From: Alphaproteobacteria bacterium
GTDB lineage: Bacteria > Pseudomonadota > Alphaproteobacteria > MPNO01 > UBA830
Assembly (NCBI GenBank): GCA_965243135.1
Contig: OZ251539.1
Span: 512,001-576,000, forward strand
Length of the DNA: 64,000 nucleotides
Direction: 5' to 3'
In this document: positions 38,721 through 47,700 of the stretch, piece after piece
Position numbering within the stretch: position 1 is the first letter of the stretch
How the letters are laid out: every line of letters begins with the position of its first letter
The notes under the pieces: model-generated
Seen by the model: only the letters and a program-made list of their open reading frames with translations
Told to the model about the DNA's origin: nothing
Databases searched by the model: none
Made by a program: the position numbers and the translations under genes

Positions 38721-39773
38721 GTGAAGTTCGGACTATTCTACCTGCCGACGTATCTGCCCGATTCGCGGAACGTGCATGAGCATATGCACAACATCGTCGA
38801 ACAAGTCGAATTCGCGGACCGCGTCGGCATCGACTATGCGTGGATGGTCGAACATCACTTCGTGCGTCACGGCGGCTTCCTGCCCGCTCATTACGCTTTT
38901 CTTTCCTATCTGGCGGCGCGGACGCGGAACATTCGCCTCGGAACCGGAGCGACGGTTCTGCCGCTCAACGACCCGGTCCGCGTCGCCGAACAGGCGGCGA
39001 CCCTCGACCATCTATCGAAGGGGCGACTGGATTTCGGGGTCGGGCGCGGCTTCGTTCGCGACGAGTTCGACGCTTTCGGGGTGCCGATGAGGGAAAGCCG
39101 CGAGCGCGTGGAGGAGGGCGTGGATCTGATCCTCAAGGCGTGGACCGGAGAGCCGTTCGAATTCGAATCGAAGTTTCGGCCGAGAATGTCGGGGCTCAGG
39201 GTGCTGCCGCCAGCCTATCAGAAACCGCATCCGCCGATCTGGAACGCCTGCCTGATGTCTCCCGAAAGTTTCGAATGGACCGCGCGGGAAGGCCACAACC
39301 TGCTTTATGTCGCCTATCACGTCGACCATCCGGTGGCGGCGGAGCGGATTGGCTGGTACCGGGACGCGCTCGCCAAATACGGTCGGCAGGGCCGCGAAAT
39401 CTGTTGCGTCTACCATGCGCATTTTCTGGCCGAGGAGGACGACGAGGCGCTCAAGACCGTCGTCGACGGCCCGATGGCCGAGTACGCCCGCGCCGGGGTC
39501 GAGGCGGCGAGCAGGCCTCCGGATCCGGAGGCGTACAAGGGCTACCAGCGCCGAGAGGCGGGCCAGCAGGAACTCGATTTCGAGCGGTATTTCCCCGGCC
39601 GCGTATTGATGGGCGGACCGGAGCAGGCGCTCGAGCGCATCGCGGTCTTGCGCGACATCGGAATCACGCAGATCGCGTTGCTCGTCGATTTCGGCTCGCT
39701 CGAGCAGGAGAAAATCATGCGTTCGCTCGAAGTCTTCGCCTTCGACATCTTGCCGCGCGCTCAAGAAATGTGA
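38721..39773 (+). CDS. Luciferase-like (LLM class) flavin-dependent oxidoreductase
   Basis: MKFGLF, WMVEHHF, AARTRNIRLGT, PVRVAEQAATLDHLSKGR, QKPHPPIW. Confidence 0.92.
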   Translation: MKFGLFYLPTYLPDSRNVHEHMHNIVEQVEFADRVGIDYAWMVEHHFVRHGGFLPAHYAFLSYLAARTRNIRLGTGATVLPLNDPVRVAEQAATLDHLSKGRLDFGVGRGFVRDEFDAFGVPMRESRERVEEGVDLILKAWTGEPFEFESKFRPRMSGLRVLPPAYQKPHPPIWNACLMSPESFEWTAREGHNLLYVAYHVDHPVAAERIGWYRDALAKYGRQGREICCVYHAHFLAEEDDEALKTVVDGPMAEYARAGVEAASRPPDPEAYKGYQRREAGQQELDFERYFPGRVLMGGPEQALERIAVLRDIGITQIALLVDFGSLEQEKIMRSLEVFAFDILPRAQEM

Positions 39774-40333
39774 GCCGCGGGGCGCCTCGCGACAAAGCGT
39801 TCCGGTCGACGAAGCTCTCCTCTGCGTGATCTTGGAGCGCGCGCCGATTCCGGGGCATGACGCGCCGTCCGTCCGCCTCGGTCATGCGGACGGCGGCCGC
39901 AAAGCGTTGCGGAACGTCCGGACGCCGTCGGCGTCATCGCCGTCGGGGCCAGCCGCTCCAGCCGCAGTGGCCCGGCGGCACCCGGCGCCCTTCGGTTCCG
40001 AAGCAATGTCCGCATCGCCTTGCAATCGGGTCACGCCCAAGACCGGAGGGACGACGAGTTCCGCTACGTTCCGTCTTCGGCGCTTTCGGCGGACGCCCGC
40101 GCCGACGGGCGCTGCGTTTGCGCATCCGCTCGGTTCGAAGTACAAACCCCGCCGTGCTCCGTTGCAGGGATCGCGAGATCCCCACGGATACGGGGAGCGC
40201 TCCGCGCCGCCCCGGCAACCCCGCTTTCCGGGACGCGCTCCCGGAAGGCTTTCCGGCCGCCGACGAACGCGGCTACCGACCCGCTTCCGCCGCCGACAAA
40301 CGCGACAATCGAAGCGACGAAAGGAGAGAGAAC

Positions 40334-41911
40334 ATGTGCGCAGCGATTTTGGAGATGCCGGGCATGGCATCCGAATTGATCGTCGATCTGCGAGGCACCC
40401 TCGACTGGCTCAAGCAGGAAGGAGATTTGATCGAGACCGACGCCGAAGTGGATCCGGATCTCGAGATCACCGCGATCCAGAAGAACCTGGACGGCGGCTG
40501 TCCGATCCTCTTCAACAACGTCAAGGACAAGCCCAATCATCGCGTCGTCACCAATCTGTTCGCCGACATGAACGTCATCAACAAGATGTTTGGCTGGAAG
40601 GACGACACCGACCGCACCCGCAAGCTGGCCTGGGCTCTGGAGCATCCGCTCGCGCCGGTCGAGATCGGCGGCGACGAGGCGCCGTGCCAGGAGGTGGTGA
40701 TCGAGAACCCGGCCGACGTCAACGAATTCATGGTTCCCATCCGTCACACCGAATACGAACCGGAACTGACCGTGGGCTCGGGCAACCGGGTCGTCGCCGG
40801 AAAGTATTTCGATGGCGGCACGGACCTCGGCTACAACCGCATGAACTTCCGCTGGGGCAACGTGGGCACGTTCCAGATCTCGCCCGGCTCGCATATGTGG
40901 CAGGTGGTTTCGAAGCATTACAAGGACGACGAGCCGGTGCCGATCACCATGTGCTTCGGCCTGCCGCCGAGCTGCACGCTGATGGCGGGAGCGGGTTTCA
41001 ACTACGTGATCCTGCCGCAGGGCTGCGACGAAATCGGGATCGCCGGCGCGGTGCAGGGCCAGCCCGTGCGCCTCGTGAAGGCGCGCACGGTCGACGCCTA
41101 CGCGGTCGCCGACAGCGAGGTCGTGCTCGAAGGCTACGTCAATCCGCGCGACCGGCGTTACGAGACCGCCGAGTCCGAAGAGGCGGGGGTTCAGGGCCGC
41201 TTCCACTTCCATCCCGAATGGGCCGGCTACATGGGCAAGGCGTACAAGGCGCCCACCTTCCACGTCACCGCGGTCACGATGCGCCGGCAGGAAACGAAGC
41301 CGATCATCTTCGCGCTGGGCGTGCACACCCTCGACGACCACAATATCGACACCACGGTTCGCGAGGCCGCCATGTTCGCCCTGTGCGAGCGCATGCAGCC
41401 CGGCATCATCCAGGACGTCGTCATTCCGTACTGCATGACGGATTGGGGCGGAGCCGTCATCCAGGTCAAGAAGCGCAACAAGATCGACGAGGGCTGGCAG
41501 CGCAATTTCATGTCCGCCATCCTGTCGACCTCGCAGGGATCGCGGATCTGTTTCGCCGTGTCCGACGACGCCGATCCCTACGACATGGACGACATCATGT
41601 GGAACCTCACCACGCGAGTGAATCCGCACACCGACATTCTGAATCCGATCCCCGGCGGGCGCGGCCAGACCTTCATGCCGGCGGAGCGCATGACGGCCGG
41701 CGAGAAGGAATGGACGGCGTCCAACACCCGTTTCGAGGGCGGCATGGGCATCGACGCCACGGTTCCGTTCGGCTTCGAGAGCGATTTCATGAGGCCGGTC
41801 TACGCGGTGGACAAGGTCGCGTTGTCGAAGTGGTTCGACGACGGCCAGATCGCGAACGCCAAGGGCCGCATGAAGGGGTGGGTGCAGAGCCTGGCGCGGA
41901 CCGGGCGTTAA
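40334..41911 (+). CDS. UbiD-family decarboxylase, phthaloyl-CoA decarboxylase-like
   Basis: UbiD architecture. GYNRMNFRWGNVGTFQISPGSHMWQV, FHPEWAGYMGKAY and C-terminal SLARTGR resemble my recollection of PCD/PhtDa; that subfamily call needs checking. Confidence 0.8.
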   Translation: MCAAILEMPGMASELIVDLRGTLDWLKQEGDLIETDAEVDPDLEITAIQKNLDGGCPILFNNVKDKPNHRVVTNLFADMNVINKMFGWKDDTDRTRKLAWALEHPLAPVEIGGDEAPCQEVVIENPADVNEFMVPIRHTEYEPELTVGSGNRVVAGKYFDGGTDLGYNRMNFRWGNVGTFQISPGSHMWQVVSKHYKDDEPVPITMCFGLPPSCTLMAGAGFNYVILPQGCDEIGIAGAVQGQPVRLVKARTVDAYAVADSEVVLEGYVNPRDRRYETAESEEAGVQGRFHFHPEWAGYMGKAYKAPTFHVTAVTMRRQETKPIIFALGVHTLDDHNIDTTVREAAMFALCERMQPGIIQDVVIPYCMTDWGGAVIQVKKRNKIDEGWQRNFMSAILSTSQGSRICFAVSDDADPYDMDDIMWNLTTRVNPHTDILNPIPGGRGQTFMPAERMTAGEKEWTASNTRFEGGMGIDATVPFGFESDFMRPVYAVDKVALSKWFDDGQIANAKGRMKGWVQSLARTGR

Positions 41912-41916
41912 AGAAG

Positions 41917-41943
41917 GAGGGGGCCGCGAGGCTCCCTCTTTTT
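41917..41943 (+). terminator. Rho-independent terminator
   Basis: GAGGGGGCC-GCGA-GGCTCCCTC followed by TTTTT directly after the stop codon. Confidence 0.75.
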
Positions 41944-42137
41944 CCGGCAGGCGGCGCGCTTGCGCCGCATTTTCGACGGCCGCGGCTGAACCGAGCGCGT
42001 CTCGTTCTCGCGCCCGGCGAAATCGCGCTCGCCAGCGTTCCTTCGAGTCGCTGCAAAATTTTGCGAACCAAGAGAGCGTCCATGTATCATGCATCCCTGC
42101 CGGGCGTCTCGAACGCCGCCGCCGGGGAGATACGGAA

Positions 42138-42941
42138 ATGGGAGCGAGCGCAATTCGCGGTTGGGTGTTCTGCTTTCTGATCTTTAGCGGAGTTCTGGCG
42201 TCGTCGTCCGCGATGGCGTCTTGCGCGGGCATGGCGGGGTCGCCGGTGGTGCATCTCGCCAGTACCGGAGACGGCACGGGAACAGTGCCTGCGGGCCAGC
42301 TCCGGATCACGTTCGTCGGCCACTCCACGTTCGAGATCGAGAGCCCGCGCGGCGCCATCGTCCAGACGGACTACAACGACTACACGCGCCGCGGCACTCC
42401 GCACATCGCTACGATGAACAAGCTTCACGATACGCACTTCTCGTACGATCCCGACAAGGCGATCCTTCATGTCCTGCGAGGATGGGATCCGGCGGGGGGC
42501 GTCGCGCGCCACGACCTGCGCTTCCGCGATATCCGCGTTCGCAACGTGCCGACGAACCTGCGCGAGCTCGTCGACGGCAAACTCTCCAACGACAATTCGA
42601 TGTTCGTGATCGAGGCGGTCGGGCTTTGCGTCGTCCATATCAGCCACCTTCATCACTACCTTTCCAAGGATCAGCTTCGGGAACTTGGCCTGATCGACGT
42701 GGCGTTCGCGCCGATCGACGGGATGTGGACCATGAGCCACGACGAACTGTTTCGCGTGCTGTCCGATATCCGCGCGCGGCTCGTCATTCCGATGCACTAC
42801 GGTTCCCTGTCCGGGGTGGAGGCGTTCGTCGCGCGCGCGCAGGAAAAATGGCCGGTGCGCCGGCACGACAGCGATACGCTGTTCGTGAGCCTCCGCACCT
42901 TGCCCCGAAAGCCGGAAGTCGTTTTCCTGGAAGGCTACTGA
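42138..42941 (+). CDS. Secreted MBL-fold metallo-hydrolase
   Basis: Signal peptide; ITFVGHSTF.IESP, HDTH, HISHLHH, VIPMHY. Confidence 0.85.
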   Translation: MGASAIRGWVFCFLIFSGVLASSSAMASCAGMAGSPVVHLASTGDGTGTVPAGQLRITFVGHSTFEIESPRGAIVQTDYNDYTRRGTPHIATMNKLHDTHFSYDPDKAILHVLRGWDPAGGVARHDLRFRDIRVRNVPTNLRELVDGKLSNDNSMFVIEAVGLCVVHISHLHHYLSKDQLRELGLIDVAFAPIDGMWTMSHDELFRVLSDIRARLVIPMHYGSLSGVEAFVARAQEKWPVRRHDSDTLFVSLRTLPRKPEVVFLEGY

Positions 42942-43798
42942 AGCGTCGCCGCGCCGTCCTTGCGCCGAACGGCGCCGTAGGGCGGCTTGTCGAAGCCCTT
43001 GGGCGAAAGCGTGAATATCTCGCAACCGTCCGCGGTCACGGCGACGCTGTGTTCGAACTGGGCGCTGAGGGACCGGTCCTTCGTCACCGCCGTCCACCCG
43101 TCGGAAAGAATCTTGGTTTCGGCGCGGCCGGCGTTGACCATCGGTTCGATCGTGAAGAACATGCCCTCGCGCAGCGCCACGCCTTCGCCCGGCCTTCCGT
43201 AATGCAGGACGCTGGGGGCGGTGTGGAAGATGCGTCCCAGGCCGTGACCGCAGAAATCCCGCACGACCGAATAACGTTTGCTCTCCACGAAGGTCTGGAT
43301 CGCGTGTCCGATGTCGCCCAGCGTCGCTCCGGGCTTGACGGCGGAAATGCCCCGCATCAACGCTTCGTGGGTTACGTCGATCAGGCGCTGCGCCCTGACG
43401 CCGATGCCGCCGACCGGATACATGCGCGAGGAATCGCCGTGCCAGCCGTCGACGATCGGCGTCACGTCGATATTGACGATGTCGCCGTCCCTCAAAACCT
43501 TGTCGCCGGGAATGCCGTGGCAGACGACGTGATTGACCGAAGTGCAGATGGATTTGGGGAACCCGCGGTAGCCGAGCGGAGCCGGCGTGGCGCCGCGATC
43601 GAGCGTGAACTCGTGGCAAATCCGGTTGAGCTCGCCGGTCGTCGCGCCCGGCACGACATGTTCGGTGATCATGTCCAGGCATTCGGCGGCGAGGCGGCCC
43701 GCGGCCCGCATCGCCTCGTATTCCTCGGGACCGTGAAGCACGATTCCCGCCGGCGCCCCGACATGAGCCTCGCTGAATGAGGTGAATGATTCGTTCAT
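42935..43798 (-). CDS. map: Methionine aminopeptidase type I
   Basis: KSICTSVNHVVCHGIP, NIDVT, HGDSSRM, FCGHGLG..FH, FTIEPM, SAQFEH. Confidence 0.96.
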   Translation of the reverse strand: MNESFTSFSEAHVGAPAGIVLHGPEEYEAMRAAGRLAAECLDMITEHVVPGATTGELNRICHEFTLDRGATPAPLGYRGFPKSICTSVNHVVCHGIPGDKVLRDGDIVNIDVTPIVDGWHGDSSRMYPVGGIGVRAQRLIDVTHEALMRGISAVKPGATLGDIGHAIQTFVESKRYSVVRDFCGHGLGRIFHTAPSVLHYGRPGEGVALREGMFFTIEPMVNAGRAETKILSDGWTAVTKDRSLSAQFEHSVAVTADGCEIFTLSPKGFDKPPYGAVRRKDGAATLQ

Positions 43799-43824
43799 GG
43801 TTTCCTGCGTGACAGCTGTTCGCG

Positions 43825-44544
43825 TTATACGGGCGAACGGGGCTTCCGGTCCAGTTCGAGACGGCGGTCGACGGCGATTCCACGGGGCGTGACCGCGCAG
43901 CCGTAGCAAATCGCCTCGACGCCGCGTTCGCGCGCGTTTCGCGAGGCCACTGCGTAGCCGGGATCGATGTCGTCCGCCACCCTAAAAAAACGGCAATCCT
44001 GACGCTGGCAAAGATAGAACGTGACGGCGCGGGCGCCGGCGGCGCGCATGTCCGCGAGCTCGCCCTGATGCTTGGCGGCGCGCGCGGACGCCGCGTCGGG
44101 AAATTCCGCGACGCCCGGTTCCCGCATCAGGTGGACGTTCTTGATTTCCACGTAGCAGTCGGGCTTGCCGTCGGCTTGCAACAGAATGTCGATGCGCGAA
44201 TTGCGGCCGTATTTGACTTCGCGCCGCAACGTCGGATAGCCGGAAAGTTCCGGGATGCGGCCGGCTTCGATCGCTTCCCGGACGATCGCGTTGGGGCGTT
44301 GCGTGTTGATTCCGACAAGGCGATCGCCGACGCGGATCAACTCCCAGGTGAATTTCAGCTTGCGATCCGGATTCCGCGACGGCGACAGCCAGACCTCGGA
44401 GCCGGGATCGCATACGCCCAGCATGCTGCCGGTGTTGGCGCAGTGGGCGGTGACGGTTTCTCCGCCGTCGAGGCGCACGTCCGCGAGAAACCGCTTGTAG
44501 CGGCGCGTCAGCGTGCCCCGGATCAGGGGGTCCGGAAAGTCCAT
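43825..44544 (-). CDS. sfsA: DNA/RNA nuclease SfsA
   Basis: RRYKRFLADV, AHCANTGSM, SRIDILL, YVEIKNV, EFPDA. Confidence 0.95.
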   Translation of the reverse strand: MDFPDPLIRGTLTRRYKRFLADVRLDGGETVTAHCANTGSMLGVCDPGSEVWLSPSRNPDRKLKFTWELIRVGDRLVGINTQRPNAIVREAIEAGRIPELSGYPTLRREVKYGRNSRIDILLQADGKPDCYVEIKNVHLMREPGVAEFPDAASARAAKHQGELADMRAAGARAVTFYLCQRQDCRFFRVADDIDPGYAVASRNARERGVEAICYGCAVTPRGIAVDRRLELDRKPRSPV

Positions 44545-44620
44545 GCGGAGACCGTAGCCGCAGGCGGCGGCGCTTTCAACGCGGGCGCCGCTCGGCTATA
44601 CAGTGACGAAGAGGAGTTTC

Positions 44621-45421
44621 ATGGCGCAGAAAGACACCGTAACGGCCTGTTTGATTTTGATCGGCAACGAGCTTCTTTCCGGCCGGACCCAGGACAGGAA
44701 CCTGTCGCATCTCGGGAAGGAACTGAACGAGGCGGGCGTTCAGCTTCGGGAGGCGCGGGTCATTCCCGACGTTCGGGAAACGATCGTCAGCACGGTCAAC
44801 GAGTGCCGGGCGGCGTTCGACTACGTGTTCACCACCGGCGGAATCGGACCGACGCATGACGATATCACGTCGGAATGCGTTGCCGAGGCGTTCGGCGTGG
44901 GCATGTACGTGGATCGGGAAATCGTGGACCTGCTCAACGCGTACATGGCCCGGCGCGGCCGCGCCGAAATGAACCCGGCGCGAATGCGCATGGCGACGTT
45001 CCCCGAAGGGGCGGAGCTGCTCAGGAACGAGATCAGCGCGGCGCCGGGTTACAGGATCGGCAACGTGTTCGTCATGGCGGGCGTGCCGCGCATCATGCAC
45101 GCGATGCTGGAAGAGGCGAAGAAACATCTGGAGGGCGGCAGGACCGTGCTGGCGCGAGGGCTCGTCGTCGACCTGCCGGAAGGCGCGATCGCCGAACCTC
45201 TGGCTCTGGTTCAGGCACGGTTCAGGGAGGTCGATATAGGTTCGTATCCCCAGATGCGCGACGAGGGGTTTCGCGTATCGGTGGTTGTCCGAAGCGCCGA
45301 CCCGGTCCTGCTGAACCAGGCGGTCGAGCAGCTCTCGCGATCCCTCAAGGAGATCGGAGGCCGTCCGGAAGAAGAGGATCTCGCGACGGCGCCGTCGCAG
45401 TCGCACCCCGAGGAAGAGTGA
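44621..45421 (+). CDS. CinA-like / molybdopterin-binding domain protein
   Basis: IGNELLSGRTQD.N, TTGGIGPTHDDIT, MAGVP, IGSYP. Confidence 0.92.
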   Translation: MAQKDTVTACLILIGNELLSGRTQDRNLSHLGKELNEAGVQLREARVIPDVRETIVSTVNECRAAFDYVFTTGGIGPTHDDITSECVAEAFGVGMYVDREIVDLLNAYMARRGRAEMNPARMRMATFPEGAELLRNEISAAPGYRIGNVFVMAGVPRIMHAMLEEAKKHLEGGRTVLARGLVVDLPEGAIAEPLALVQARFREVDIGSYPQMRDEGFRVSVVVRSADPVLLNQAVEQLSRSLKEIGGRPEEEDLATAPSQSHPEEE

Positions 45422-45606
45422 GTCCGATTCCGGCGATACTCGGCGCAATGCTGGGAGCGGGCGCGCTGCTGGTCGTGATGGGCATTCGGACGTTGAGCAA
45501 CCGCAAGCTCGACGAACCGGCCCGCAAGCGGGGTTTCTGGCCGCTCAATGCCGGACTGCTTCTCGTCGCCGCGTCGATGTATCTATTCGCGACCGGAACG
45601 GAGTGA
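45418..45606 (+). CDS. Small two-TM hypothetical protein
   Basis: GTG start overlapping the upstream stop; two hydrophobic segments. Confidence 0.55.
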   Translation: MSPIPAILGAMLGAGALLVVMGIRTLSNRKLDEPARKRGFWPLNAGLLLVAASMYLFATGTE

Positions 45607-45610
45607 TCGG

Positions 45611-45898
45611 CTACAGGCCGTCGACGACCATCATGTTGAAGTCGGCGGCCCCCAGGCGCTTTTCCCTGGCGGCCTGGTATTCGGGGGAGTCGTACATCGC
45701 CTTCGCCTGTTCGGCATTGTCGAACCGGATGATCACGACGCGGTGCGCTTTCCAGTTTCCTTCCAGCACGTCCGCCGCGCCGCCCCGGGCCAGAAACTCG
45801 CCGCCGTATCTGGCGATGGCGTCGGGCGCCAGCTTGCCGTATTCGCCGTAGGCTTTTTCGTCGAAGACTTCGACGTTCGAAACGATGTAGGCAGCCAT
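45611..45898 (-). CDS. DUF1330 domain protein
   Basis: MAAYIV...YGGEFLARGG...LEG.W...VIIRF...YDSPEYQ. Confidence 0.92.
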   Translation of the reverse strand: MAAYIVSNVEVFDEKAYGEYGKLAPDAIARYGGEFLARGGAADVLEGNWKAHRVVIIRFDNAEQAKAMYDSPEYQAAREKRLGAADFNMMVVDGL

Positions 45899-46228
45899 TG
45901 CGCTTCTCCATTTTTTGCAGGTCGCCGTCATCATACCGGAACGGCGGACGGTTCAACCCCTTATGTCCTAACCAGTCCGTCGTCGTCGCGCGGCCGCGTC
46001 ACGACGCCGGATTTCTCGTCAGAATGCCTCTTTCCCCTTTCCCCCATTAGCCGTCCGGGCGTTCGCAGGGCGCACCGGACGGGCGATGCGCGACCGTTGA
46101 ACGGGCGTTCGAGCGTTTCTGTCGTCTCGGGCATCGACAGCGATTCCGCGACCGTATCGTCGCGAACGAAAAGCGAGGCCGTCTCGCGCCGTTTCCCGAG
46201 CGGCGAGCGTTCATTCCGGGTCATTCGC

Positions 46229-46596
46229 CTAAATCCCGGGGACCATCTCCTTCAGCGCGGGCGCAAGCGCGCCGAGCAGCGAATCCGGCCACGGCAGAGC
46301 CAGCAATTCGTCGAATACGAACCAGCAAAACACGACGAGGCAGGCGGATATTGCTATCGAGAGCGGCCAGCGCTCGCCTTCGGTCTTCATGAAGGCCAGC
46401 GCGAACAGAAAGATCGTCGGCAACATTCCCACGGCGAAGGTGAGAGCGAGAAAACAGACGATCCAGCCGGAGAAGGACAAGGCGCGGCGGCGGACAGGGG
46501 CGGCCGTCTCGTCGGGGGAGACGTCCGCTTGCCGCATCATGCGGTCGCGGACGCCGGCCCCGGCGCCGCCGGCCGACGGCCGGCGGAAGGTATGGG
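46229..46596 (-). pseudogene. 3' fragment of a tripartite tricarboxylate transporter (TctB-like) gene interrupted by the prophage
   Basis: GMLPTIFLF...EGERW...WFVFDELLALPWPDSLLG; host-type sequence ends at the phage TG terminus. Confidence 0.65.
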
Positions 46597-46646
46597 TGTA
46601 GCGCGACAAAAGTAACTGAGAATCCGGCCAGAAATAACTGAGAATC
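46597..46646 (+). repeat. Prophage end with 22-bp-period direct repeats (putative transposase binding sites)
   Basis: TGTAG at 46597; TAACTGAGAATC at 46613-46624 and 46635-46646. Confidence 0.75.
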
Positions 46647-46751
46647 GGCGAGAAAAATGGCCGATTTTCGACCCGAAAACGCCCGAAAAATTGCCCTTGA
46701 TCGCCGGCCGGCCGTTTGAAATTTCCGCCGCGGCCGATTGAAAGCGCCGCG

Positions 46752-47690
46752 CTACGGCCCGTAGTAGATCTGGATCCAGCCGTTCTGGCCCGTCAATCCC
46801 GCTCCCAGGTTGGCGCCGTTGGGCGCGGCGCCGACGCCGTGGTCATTGACGGCGAGGTTCGACGCATGGGACAGGATGCCGTAATCCGTCGCCCCTGACG
46901 CGCCGATCAGGATCGCGAATTCCTTCTTGCGCTGGTCGCCTCGGATCGCGCCGGCGATGCCGGTCCCCGACGCGCCGGCTCCTCCCCCCGTCGATCCGCC
47001 CAGCCCGCCGCCCGCGCGGATGACCCCGAACCGCGTCTCGCCCCCGGCGGATCCGTTCCGCCTGTTCCGGCCTCCGACGCCGCCGGCGCCGCCGCGGCCG
47101 CACGACCACGCCACCCGCGTTCCGGGCGCGTAGCGCACGTACTCCGCGGCGATCCCGCCGTCCCCGCCGCGACCGCCGTCGAGATACCTCGTGAACGGAC
47201 CTTCGAGATCCTCGCCCGATCCTTCGTAATAAGTCTCGTACCCGTTCCCCGCCGCGCCGCCGCCCGCGCCGCCGCAGATCGCGAATATCGTTCCGACGCC
47301 CGCGGGGACGACCCATGTTCCCGCGGCGACGATGCCGGATTGCCAGACGTGTCCGGTGATCCGCGCGCCCGACGACCGCCACGCGGTGCCGCCGAGCGCC
47401 CGGTCGAGGAGCGCCCGTATCTCCGCTCCGGTCTGATCGCCTTTCGCCGCCGTCTCGATTCCGTTGAGTTTCGTTCGGAGCCCCGCCGTGAACGGGACTC
47501 CCGGCAGGTGTTCCGCCGGGAGCTTGTTGGTCGCGTCCAGCGGCGCCACTCCTCCCGCGTAACCGCGGGAGTTTAGAATCGCGGTCACTCTGAGACTCAT
47601 CTTGTAGAACTCTTCCCTGGGCGGTCTGTCCGACCCCTGGTCCAGCCCCAGAGTCGACAAGTCGCTGGCCGGCCAGCTGCGATCCGTCAT
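46752..47690 (-). CDS. Phage tail fibre / glycine-rich receptor-binding protein
   Basis: VAPLDATNKLP, TKLNGIETAAKGDQTGAEI, GTWVVPAGV...GGAGGG...GWIQIYY. Confidence 0.75.
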   Translation of the reverse strand: MTDRSWPASDLSTLGLDQGSDRPPREEFYKMSLRVTAILNSRGYAGGVAPLDATNKLPAEHLPGVPFTAGLRTKLNGIETAAKGDQTGAEIRALLDRALGGTAWRSSGARITGHVWQSGIVAAGTWVVPAGVGTIFAICGGAGGGAAGNGYETYYEGSGEDLEGPFTRYLDGGRGGDGGIAAEYVRYAPGTRVAWSCGRGGAGGVGGRNRRNGSAGGETRFGVIRAGGGLGGSTGGGAGASGTGIAGAIRGDQRKKEFAILIGASGATDYGILSHASNLAVNDHGVGAAPNGANLGAGLTGQNGWIQIYYGP

Positions 47691-47700
47691 TGCGTATCTC

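Noticed and set aside
21650-46646. CRISPR array at the short repeats (21650-21715 and 46613-46646)
   Set aside because: Only two units each, no unique spacers and no cas genes.
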